NCBI GenBank assembly: GCA_004553715.1
Contig: SFKP01000004.1
Coordinates: forward strand, 1 to 32,000
DNA: 32,000 bases
Reading direction: 5' to 3'
Source of the DNA: Clostridiales bacterium
Lineage (GTDB): Bacteria > Bacillota > Clostridia > TANB77 > CAG-508
Shown: piece after piece, positions 17,862 through 28,922 of the stretch
How positions within the stretch are numbered: position 1 is the first letter of the stretch
Layout of the letters: each line of letters begins with the position of its first letter
The notes under the pieces: generated by a model
Database searches by the model: none
Seen by the model: only the letters and a program-made list of their open reading frames with translations
Told to the model about the DNA's origin: nothing
Made by a program: the position numbers and the translations under genes

Positions 17862-18975
17862 ACAAACACTCCTTTTTTAATATTTTTTTATATTCTTTTT
17901 TCATTTCTTCATTAATTATCTTAATATCTTTGTTTATTAATAAATTATACCTGTCACTTGCCACAATCTTTCCAACTATAGAATATTCACAAAAGATTTC
18001 TTTTAAAATTGAAAAACTGATAGAATATGTATTATATTTATTAAAAACAAGCTTCACATCCTCTTTTTTTAAATTATTTTCTCTTACAAAATTTTCTAAC
18101 ATTATTTTCGTTTTATTTATTTCAATTAAATTTGACTCTACTAAAAATAAATTTAAATTTGCTTGTTTTAATATTTTTTTAAAATTATTATTTGAAGTAT
18201 CTATTATTATTATTTCATATTTTTTAAGGTTTTCTTTTATTAATTTTTCTGCTTCTTTTTCTGTAAATATTTTTTTATTTATATTTAATACATAAATATT
18301 ATTTTTATATTTTATTTCTTCAATATTATTTTTTTTGTTTTTAATATTTAATATTTTATTTATATTTTTATTTTCATCACAATCAATTATTAATATTTTT
18401 TTGTTTTTCAAAAGAATTGCTAGAACTATTGTAAACACTGTTTTCCCAACTCCTGGCGCTCCTAAAATATTTATTATTTTATTTTTTTCTAATAATTTAT
18501 TTTTATTTTTAATTATTAAATTCTTTAATAAATTATTTGTTTTTATTTTTTTTAATATTTTTCCTGTTATTTTTTTTATTATTTTTTTATTAATTTTATT
18601 TTTTGTTTTTTTATTATAATTATTTTTTTCGGGATTTAATAAAAAAATTAAATCTTCTATTTTTGTTTTATTATTATAAAAAATATCAAAAATATTTTTT
18701 GAATTTAAATAATTTATTAATTTATCATTTTTATTTTCTAAAATAATAATTATTTTAATTTTGGGGTTTATTTTTATTATATTATTTATAAATTCATAAA
18801 TTGATAAATCTCCTGGAAGTATACTATTCAAAAATAATATATTTATTTTATTATTTTCTTTTAAAATATGTAATACTGCTTCTTGATATTGAAGATCTGT
18901 TTTATATACATCAAAATTTTCTTCTTCTAATCTTTCCCTTAATAAGTTGTTGCCGATGGCTGTGAGTATTTTCAT
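17842..18975 (-). CDS. TadZ/CpaE-like architecture: degenerate receiver-like N-domain plus ParA/MinD-superfamily P-loop ATPase
   Basis: I prefer the ATG at 18975 (SD 'aaaggag' 7 nt upstream) to 19008, which has no SD. The N-terminus 'MKILTAIGNN...INILFLNSILPG...KIIIILE' is CheY-like. It lacks the acidic pocket: 'GNN' replaces DD and 'LNS' replaces the phospho-Asp. A Lys/Asn-rich linker follows. The C-terminal domain has 'INILGAPGVGKTVFT' (P-loop), 'LIIDCDE' and 'IIIIDTSN'. Confidence 0.5.
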   Translation of the reverse strand: MKILTAIGNNLLRERLEEENFDVYKTDLQYQEAVLHILKENNKINILFLNSILPGDLSIYEFINNIIKINPKIKIIIILENKNDKLINYLNSKNIFDIFYNNKTKIEDLIFLLNPEKNNYNKKTKNKINKKIIKKITGKILKKIKTNNLLKNLIIKNKNKLLEKNKIINILGAPGVGKTVFTIVLAILLKNKKILIIDCDENKNINKILNIKNKKNNIEEIKYKNNIYVLNINKKIFTEKEAEKLIKENLKKYEIIIIDTSNNNFKKILKQANLNLFLVESNLIEINKTKIMLENFVRENNLKKEDVKLVFNKYNTYSISFSILKEIFCEYSIVGKIVASDRYNLLINKDIKIINEEMKKEYKKILKKECLYAESIN

Positions 18976-19009
18976 TTTTCTTCTCCTTTTGCTGTAATTT
19001 TTTTCCATT

Positions 19010-20798
19010 TTATTCTATAATTTTTTTCTCTTCTTCTGCAAAATCTATTTTTGTTAAAAAATGCTCTGCTCCAGCAAAGATTAAGCATTCTCCTCTTTTT
19101 AAACTTTTTATTTCTATTTTCTCTTTTTCTGATAAATTTGAATATTTAGACAACAATTGAATATTCTCTTCTTCTAATGAAAAAAACACTTTATTTGACG
19201 AATTATTTAATATACTTCTTCCATAAGTTCCATTTTCTAAGCTAAATAAATCTGAAATATCTTGTGTGATTGCAACACTACTTCCTCCATATTTTCTTAT
19301 TGTTTTAAATATTTTATAAATAAAACTTGCTACATCTTTGTTTGATGTTACACCAATTAATCTCCAGATTTCATCTAAATATATTATTTTTTTATTTTGT
19401 CTGTTTTTCTTCATTTTGTCCCAAAATAAATCTGTAAAAAGATACATCCCATATTTTAAGTTATCTTCTCCTAATTCATAAATATCTGCCACTATTAATT
19501 TATTATTTATTTCTATATTGGTATAATTATTGAAAAACTTCAAAGAACCTGTAACAAAAGGTTGTAATTTTTTTTGCATTTTTTTCGTTTTTATATCTTT
19601 ACCTAAAACATCATATAAATCTTCTAATATTGGCATTTCGTTACTGCTTTTAAAAATACCTTTTATATTTATCTTTTCTGTTTCATTTTTAAAAAGAGAT
19701 TTATCTTCAAATGTTATTCCTTTATTTTTATAACATTTAATTATTTTTTCTTCTAAAATTGATTTTTCTTCTTCATCAATTTCGCCAAATATTAAATAAA
19801 AAAAACCCATTAATTTGTTTATTTTTGTTGCAAGATACCCTACTCCATCTTCACAAGAATCTTCCCTTATGTCTAAAATGTTTATATATGTTTCTGAATT
19901 TGGACCTATTTTTATTACGCTTCCATCTAAATATTTAGCCATCTTTTCATATTCTCTTTCTATATCTATAACATATTGTTCATTATTTAATAATCTATTT
20001 CTCATTATTTGTAATTTTATAAAAAATGACTTTCCGTGCACCACTTGTTCCAAATACACACATATTAGCATTTTTATATTTTTCTGTATTATACCTATCA
20101 ATAAATACAAGTGAATTATCGTAGATATTTGTTCCAATGAATATTCCTTGCTCATCGAAACCACTTGATGATATGAATGGATATGTTCCAATAAGTCCAC
20201 TTGTTAAAACATTTCTTTTTGCAGCACTTGCTATATCACGGCTATTTTGCATAAATGGTAAACACGCCAAAAATGTTTGTTCTTGCCTAAAATTTGCAGA
20301 CTTTGGCTGAAGTCCAATACTTTGTAAAAGACCTTCTATTTTGTTTTTCAAATATTCTAATTCTTTTATATCTTTTGCAAAAACATTTAAATACATATAT
20401 AAATAATAAATATCTTCATTATTTATTTGAATTTCTTTTCTTATGTATTTTGCGTCATTATATGTAAATGCAGCAATATCAGTATCTTGCTTATTTTTTT
20501 CATCTTTTATTTCTACTCCAATATTTGCAATATTATATGTTAAATCTCTTATTGCTTTATATGTATCTTGTTTTTCATAAAAAATAGATAAATTCATATT
20601 TATATTTGTATCTATTATTCTTCTTAATAAAATATCATTATATTCTCTGTTATAATTTACTATTAAAAATCCTGAATAATATAAATCATCTATTTCTATA
20701 TACTTTGGATTGCTTACATTTATATATGCTGGAGCAATTTCATCTTTTTTACTAAAAACACCTTTTATTAATTTATTTTCTTCGGCCATTTTTTTCAT
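19010..20798 (-). CDS. VirB4-family T4SS ATPase, central and C-terminal part, interrupted by a +1 frame break at CGG 20034..20036 inside the Walker A motif
   Basis: ORF 19995..20798 ends '..NANMCVFGTSGAR|KVIF..*'. The real part of ORF 19010..20200 begins '..GKSFFIKLQIMRN'. Skipping C20036 gives 'FGTSGAGKSFFIK', a perfect GxxGxGKS P-loop, and a 595-aa protein. Other motifs include 'IAPAYI....YIEIDD.YYSGFLIVNY', Walker B 'IIYLDEIWRL' and 'VAITQDISD'. There is no SD before the ATG at 20798, which overlaps the stop of the upstream ORF (ATGA). Confidence 0.7.
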
Positions 20799-21358
20799 AA
20801 CAAATCAATTATTTCTTTTCTCGTATTCAGAAAAGAATATAATATTTTTTCCACCTCCTCTTTTTTATCAATTTCTTCTACCTTGTTGCCACATCTTGAT
20901 AAACATTCTTTTATTTTTAAATATTTTTCATTTAATTTATCTATAAATATTTTTTCAGTAACATTTTTTTGAGCATCTTCTTTTATTATTATGTAATAAT
21001 TTTTTGATGAGGCTTTACTTTTTTTATTTTTATCTTCAATATATTTAATATAATTTTCTGAATATTTTTTTATATTATTTTCTTCTTCTGAATTTATTTT
21101 TTTTATTTTGGAAAAATGTTTAGATAAATCTTCTTTTTTACTTTGAATTAAAATTTGAATATTAAAATTACAAGTTTTTAAAAATAATTTATAAGAATTT
21201 AAAATTGCTTCCTTTTCTAATTGGGATTTTAGATTAAAATTTATAGGAAATATTTTTATAATTTTTATAAAACTTTTTTCTTTAAGTTTTATTATGCCTT
21301 TTTCATAAATTAAATCAAAAGGTAGCCATTCTTGTACGGTTTTAGCTTTTTTTATAAT
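20795..21358 (-). CDS. VirB4 N-terminal domain as a separate ORF with no canonical start codon (candidate ATT start)
   Basis: Not in the ORF track. I checked all 188 triplets and the frame is open from 21358 to the TGA at 20797..20795. The translation '(I)IKKAKTVQEWLPFDLIYEKGIIKLKEKSFIKIIKIFPINFNLKSQLEKEAILNSYKLFLKTCNFNIQILIQSKKEDLSKHF...' matches the N-terminal module of 800-aa Firmicute VirB4 proteins (Tn916 Orf16/PrgJ type). There is no in-frame ATG, GTG or TTG near the 5' end. SD 'AGAGGTGAT' lies 7 nt upstream of an in-frame ATT (21358..21356), and the next codon is ATA. Confidence 0.55.
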   Translation of the reverse strand: MIKKAKTVQEWLPFDLIYEKGIIKLKEKSFIKIIKIFPINFNLKSQLEKEAILNSYKLFLKTCNFNIQILIQSKKEDLSKHFSKIKKINSEEENNIKKYSENYIKYIEDKNKKSKASSKNYYIIIKEDAQKNVTEKIFIDKLNEKYLKIKECLSRCGNKVEEIDKKEEVEKILYSFLNTRKEIIDLL

Positions 21359-21497
21359 ATTATCACCTCTTTTTATTTTTGGAAAATTTTTACATTTTAT
21401 TTTTATAAATATTTTTTTGATTTTATTTAATTTTAAATTTTTATTTTTGGGATTTATTTAGAATTTAAAATTTTTAGAAATAATTTTTATTTATTTA

Positions 21498-21526
21498 ATT
21501 TTACATTTATAAATAAAAATAGTCAA
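21498..21526 (-). promoter_or_regulatory. candidate sigma-A promoter of the VirB4/TadZ-like operon
   Basis: On the minus strand: TTGACT (21526..21521), a 17-nt spacer, then TAAAAT (21503..21498), about 135 nt upstream of the ATT at 21358. Confidence 0.4.
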
Positions 21527-21996
21527 GATTTTTTCATTGACATATTTCGACATTTTTCTCATTTTTTTCTTTGTATTTATTTTTTAAAAAAGTTCATAAT
21601 AATAATATAAGGTTTGTATTAATTGAACTAAGAGCAACTTAGGGTTTCTTAAAGCTCTATCTTGTTCGAGCTTAAGATTTTTATTAGTTTTTTTAAGATT
21701 AATATTGGTCGTGGCTGAAAGTTATAATATGTGTATGTAAGCTGTATTTTATTTTATTTTATCTTATTTAATATATGGTTAAATTATATGTATTATAGCC
21801 TAGTTAAGATTATATTAATATATTTAAGGGATTATTTTTAGTCCTTCATGGATGAATATAGTTTCTTAGTGTGTTCTTATAGTCGAGCAACTGATGAAAA
21901 TATGTGGTTTATTGCTTTTTTGTATAGCAATATGCAATAGGTGAAAAAATTATATATTTTTGTTTTAGCTGAAGATTAGTATGAGCTTTATGCATA

Positions 21997-22029
21997 GTAG
22001 CTCTGGTTTTCCAGAGCTACTAGATTTTT

Positions 22030-22031
<2 letters not shown>
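21997..22031 (+). terminator. strong Rho-independent terminator oriented for the plus strand, abutting the gyrB stop codon
   Basis: The sequence 'gtagctctgg-tttt-ccagagctac' forms a 10-bp stem followed by 'tagattttttt'. The T-run lies on the plus strand only. On the minus strand, downstream of gyrB, the same hairpin has no U-tail. Confidence 0.6.
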
Positions 22032-25012
<2,981 letters not shown>

Positions 25013-25025
25013 TTTTTACCTGCTT

Positions 25026-26147
25026 TTATTCTTCTCTCATTCTTATTGGTAATATCATATATATATAGTTTCCTTCTATTTCTGTTGATTTTATTATACA
25101 TGGTGAAATACTATTTCCAAATTCTATAAAAATTTCTTCATCTTCTATTACTTTTAATGCATCTAAGAAATATTTTGGGTTAACACCTATTTCTAGATTT
25201 TTTCCTTCTGTTTCAACATATATTTCTTCTTTTGCATCCCCTGTTTGATTTTTACAAGATATTGTTATTTTACCTATTTCTATACTTATTTTAACAGGAT
25301 ATTTTTTTTCTTTTTCTACTAAAGATGAAGATATTAAACTAACTCTTTCTAATGATTCTTGTAAAATATTTTTATTTATTCTTATTTTTGTTTCATATTG
25401 ATTAGGTATTACTTGTCTATAATTTAAAAATTCTCCTTCTAATAATCTTGTTACTATTTTACAATTTTCCATTTCAAAAACAGCTTGATTTTTTGAAACA
25501 CCTATCATTATATTTTCATAAGAATCTGTTATTATTTTATTTACTTCATTTAATGTTTTACCAGGAATAACAACTTTAAAATTATCTATTTTTTTTGATA
25601 AATTTGTATTTACCCATCCCATTCTAGAACCATCTATTCCTACTACATTTATTTTATTATCAACAACTTCAAAAAGACATCCTGTAAATATTGGTCTATT
25701 TTCTTCTTGACTTACTGCAAAAATTGTTTTTCTTATCATTTCTTTTAATGTTTTTTGTTCTGTTTTTAAAGATTTTTCTATATTTATTTTTGGTAATTCT
25801 GGAAATTCTTCTGGATTCATTGTAGATAATTTATAAACAGATCCTTCACATTCAATAATTAATAAATTTTGATTATTTACTGTTATTTTTATATCACTAT
25901 TTGGAAGTTTTCTTATTATTTCACTAAACATTATTGAATTAACTACTATACTTCCTTCTTCTTCTACATTTGCTTCTAAAATATATTCAATACCTAATTC
26001 TAAATCATATGTTGTTAATTTTATTTCATTTTTATTTGTCTGTATAAGAATTCCTTCTAATATAGGAAGAGTTGTTCTTGTAGGAACACCTCTTATAACA
26101 GAATTAATTCCTTTGATTAATTTTTCTTTTTCACAGATAATTTTCAT
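25026..26147 (-). CDS. dnaN: DNA polymerase III beta sliding clamp
   Basis: 373 aa with a typical beta-clamp N-terminus ('MKIICEKEKL...TLPILEGILI') and C-terminus ('..YIYMILPIRM'). It lies immediately downstream of dnaA. Confidence 0.9.
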   Translation of the reverse strand: MKIICEKEKLIKGINSVIRGVPTRTTLPILEGILIQTNKNEIKLTTYDLELGIEYILEANVEEEGSIVVNSIMFSEIIRKLPNSDIKITVNNQNLLIIECEGSVYKLSTMNPEEFPELPKINIEKSLKTEQKTLKEMIRKTIFAVSQEENRPIFTGCLFEVVDNKINVVGIDGSRMGWVNTNLSKKIDNFKVVIPGKTLNEVNKIITDSYENIMIGVSKNQAVFEMENCKIVTRLLEGEFLNYRQVIPNQYETKIRINKNILQESLERVSLISSSLVEKEKKYPVKISIEIGKITISCKNQTGDAKEEIYVETEGKNLEIGVNPKYFLDALKVIEDEEIFIEFGNSISPCIIKSTEIEGNYIYMILPIRMREE

Positions 26148-26566
26148 TAACTATCAATCCTTTCTTAATGTATATAATGTATATACTAAATAAAAAATTT
26201 TGAATAAATTTTGAAAACACTTCTGAAAATTTATTTTCCAAATTTTGCTCCTTTATTTATATATAATATAATAATATTTAGTAATAGTATTAGTATATAT
26301 TGTTAATTCAGTTAATAACTAACAAAATTGTTAAATCCCTAAGTTTAAAGCTGTGCATAAATATGTTAATAACTTAATCTAATTATTAACATATAAAAAT
26401 TTTTATTGTTGATAAAAAGTTATTCACAAATATTTATAAATTATTCACAATTAATTATGGATAACTTTATAAATATGTATATCCCTAAGGAATAATAATA
26501 ATATATCAAAAATAAGTTTTACAAACAAGCTTTTTATAAAAAATAAATAAATTATTGTAAAATAAA
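26148..26566. other. oriC candidate: DnaA-box cluster plus AT-rich unwinding region in the dnaA-dnaN spacer
   Basis: There are five boxes, each with one mismatch to TTATCCACA/TGTGGATAA. They are TGTGCATAA 26352..26360, TGTTGATAA 26407..26415, TTATTCACA 26420..26428, TTATTCACA 26441..26449 and TATGGATAA 26456..26464. An almost pure A/T stretch lies at about 26160..26300. Gene orientation flips around this locus. Confidence 0.6.
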
Positions 26567-27898
26567 CTAATTATTATTTAAAATAATTTTTTTAACACTT
26601 TCCACAATTAATTTTGTATCTTTTTTCTCTTTTATTTCTTTTTCTATTTTTTTAAAAGCATGCATAACTGTTGTATGATCTCTATTTCCAAAAGATTCGC
26701 CTATTTTTGGAAAAGACTCATTTGTAAGAATTCTACAAAGATACATTCCTATTTGTCTTGGAAAAGCAATATCATTTGATCTTTGAGAACTTTTTAAATC
26801 TTTTGTATTTATATCAAAATATTTACAAACAATTTCTTGAATATAATCAATAGAAATTATAGATTCTTTTTGTTTTATAACAGAATTTATTGCAATTTCA
26901 GCCATTTCAATAGTAATCGGCATATTTGTTAAAGAAGATTGTGCAACTAATTTATTAAAAACACCTTCTAATTCTCTTATATTTGAATCTATTTTTGTTG
27001 CAATATCTTTTAAAATATCATCATCAATAATTATTTGCTTTTCTTGAGTCTTTTTTCTTAAAATTGCAAGTCGTGTTTCATAGTCAGCCATAGAAACATC
27101 TGCAAGAATTCCCCATTCAAAACGAGATTTTAATCTATCTTCTAAAAGCAAAATATCTCTAGGAGGTCTATCACTTGACAAAACAATCTGTTTGTTATTT
27201 TCTTTCAAAAAATTAAATGTATGGAAAAGCTCTTCTTGAGTTTTTTCTTTACCTGCAATAAATTGGATATCATCTATTAATAAAACATCTATATCCCTAT
27301 ATTTTTTTCTAAAATTATCGGTGCTATTATCTCTTACTGAGTTTATAAATTCATTTGTAAAAACTTCTGAAGTTACATATACAACTTTAAAATTATTATT
27401 TTTTCTCAAAACTTCATTTCCAATAGCATGCATTAAATGCGTTTTTCCAAGACCAACTCCACCATATAAAAATAATGGATTATATGCTGTTGCTGGTGCC
27501 TCTGCTACAGCAAGTGCGGCTGCATGTGCAAATCTATTATTATCTCCAACAACAAATGTATCAAAAGAATAATTAGGATTTAAAAAAGAATTTGAATATT
27601 TTATATTAGAAGTAGATAAATTGTTTTTTGCCTCTACTTTTTTATCTTCAGAATTTAAAATAATATAGATCTCGCAATTCCTTTGAAGAACCATATTAAA
27701 AGCATTTGTTAATAAATCTTTATATCTAGATTCAACAGAATCTTTTTTAAAAGAATCTGTTGCAATAAGGTAAATTTTATTATTATCAATACTGCTTATT
27801 CTTAAAGGTTCAATCCAAGTTTTAAATGAAAGTTCTGACATTTCGTCTTTTATTAAGGTTTTTGCTTTATCTAATATTTCATCAATGTTGCAGTTCAT
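26567..27898 (-). CDS. dnaA: chromosomal replication initiator DnaA
   Basis: 443 aa: Walker A 'GGVGLGKTHLMHAIGN', Walker B 'VLLIDDIQF', 'LSSDRPP' and the domain IV DNA-binding region 'RQIGMYLCR..T..S.P.IG..FG.RDHTTVMHA'. Confidence 0.95.
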   Translation of the reverse strand: MNCNIDEILDKAKTLIKDEMSELSFKTWIEPLRISSIDNNKIYLIATDSFKKDSVESRYKDLLTNAFNMVLQRNCEIYIILNSEDKKVEAKNNLSTSNIKYSNSFLNPNYSFDTFVVGDNNRFAHAAALAVAEAPATAYNPLFLYGGVGLGKTHLMHAIGNEVLRKNNNFKVVYVTSEVFTNEFINSVRDNSTDNFRKKYRDIDVLLIDDIQFIAGKEKTQEELFHTFNFLKENNKQIVLSSDRPPRDILLLEDRLKSRFEWGILADVSMADYETRLAILRKKTQEKQIIIDDDILKDIATKIDSNIRELEGVFNKLVAQSSLTNMPITIEMAEIAINSVIKQKESIISIDYIQEIVCKYFDINTKDLKSSQRSNDIAFPRQIGMYLCRILTNESFPKIGESFGNRDHTTVMHAFKKIEKEIKEKKDTKLIVESVKKIILNNN

Positions 27899-28031
27899 TT
27901 TTTAACCCCCATTTTATGTTTTTTGTGTAATATGTGTTTTTAAGCAAAACTCAGTATTATTTCATAATAATATCAAAAAAAAGAAAAATAATCAACAAAA
28001 AAATAAAAAGTTATAATAATTTAAAGAAGTA

Positions 28032-28061
28032 TTGACTTTTTAGGCAAATTTGTTATATAAT
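28032..28061 (+). promoter_or_regulatory. sigma-A promoter of the rpmH-rnpA operon
   Basis: TTGACT (28032..28037) is followed, after 16-18 nt, by 'TGtTATATAAT', an extended -10 with overlapping TATATA and TATAAT hexamers. It lies about 45 nt upstream of rpmH. Confidence 0.5.
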
Positions 28062-28102
28062 TTTAACACTTATGATTTTAAATTTAGGAGGAAAGAAAAG
28101 AA

Positions 28103-28237
28103 ATGAAAAGAACATATCAACCAAAAGTAAGACAAAGAAATAAAGAACATGGATTCTTAAAAAGAATGAAAACAAGAGCAGGAAGAAATGTTTTAAAAGC
28201 AAGAAGACAAAAAGGAAGAAAAAAACTAACAGTTTAA
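28103..28237 (+). CDS. rpmH: 50S ribosomal protein L34
   Basis: Not in the ORF track (44 aa). My translation is [44 protein letters not shown], with SD 'aggagg'. The minus-strand ORF 28053..28265 is its antisense shadow. Confidence 0.95.
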   Translation: MKRTYQPKVRQRNKEHGFLKRMKTRAGRNVLKARRQKGRKKLTV

Positions 28238-28267
28238 AAAAGAGTGATAATTTTGAAGAACACAAAA

Positions 28268-28606
28268 ATGTTAAAAAAAAATTATGAATTTAAAAAAGTT
28301 TTTTTAAAAGGGAAATATTATAGGGGAGAGTTTATAGAGGCTTTTATAGTAAAAACAAACAAAAAAGAAAATATAAACAGAATTGGAATAGCTGTTAGTA
28401 AAAAAAATAGTAACAGTGTTAAAAGAAATAAAATAAAAAGATTAATAAAGGAAAATTATAGATTGCAAGAAGAAAAAATAAAGACAGGTTATAATATAAT
28501 CTTTTTATGGAACAAGAAAAAAGAACCACAATATGCAACATTTCTTAATATAAAAAAAGACATTGAAGAGATTTTTAAAAAAGCAAATATCTTTTTAGAG
28601 GCTTAA
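28268..28606 (+). CDS. rnpA: ribonuclease P protein component
   Basis: Contains 'MLKKNYEFKKVF..G......F........N..NRIGIAVSKK.SNSVKRNKIKRLIKE'. I prefer the ATG at 28268 to the GTG at 28244. It sits in the canonical position after rpmH. Confidence 0.85.
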   Translation: MLKKNYEFKKVFLKGKYYRGEFIEAFIVKTNKKENINRIGIAVSKKNSNSVKRNKIKRLIKENYRLQEEKIKTGYNIIFLWNKKKEPQYATFLNIKKDIEEIFKKANIFLEA

Positions 28607-28609
28607 ATT

Positions 28610-28828
28610 ATGAAAAAAATATTAATTCATATAATAAATTTTTATAAAAAAAGCATATCACCATTTTTTTATAGTAAAGGAATTCGTTGCAAATATTACC
28701 CAACATGTTCGGAATATTCAAAACAAGCAATAGAAAAATATGGTGTAATCAAAGGAAGTTTTTTAAGTATTAAAAGATTTATAAAATGTAATCCTTTTTC
28801 AAAAGGAGGATATGATCCAGTAAAATAA
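28610..28828 (+). CDS. yidD: membrane protein insertion efficiency factor YidD
   Basis: 72 aa: 'YKKSISPFF.....CKYYPTCSEYSKQAIEKYG..KG..L.IKR...CNPFSKGGYDPV'. Confidence 0.9.
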   Translation: MKKILIHIINFYKKSISPFFYSKGIRCKYYPTCSEYSKQAIEKYGVIKGSFLSIKRFIKCNPFSKGGYDPVK

Positions 28829-28922
28829 AGATCTTTTGAAAAAAATATGCATAAAAGGGAAGAAGGTTGAAAAAATAAATTTTTTCAACAGAGTGTGTGT
28901 CTTGAGAAAGGAAAGATAAAAA

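Noticed and set aside
20795-20800. UGA-as-Trp (Mollicutes genetic code 4) as an explanation for the broken T4SS genes.
   Set aside because: gyrA, gyrB, ileS, dnaA, dnaN, recF and mnmE are all full length and uninterrupted under the standard code, with no internal TGA. Reading through the TGA at 20795..20797 also does not enter the frame of the next VirB4 piece.
21745-21770. The imperfect (ATTTT)n pentamer run as a meaningful tandem repeat or phase-variation tract.
   Set aside because: It is short, imperfect and lies in non-coding DNA that is nearly all A/T, where such runs arise by chance. No adjacent gene would be affected.
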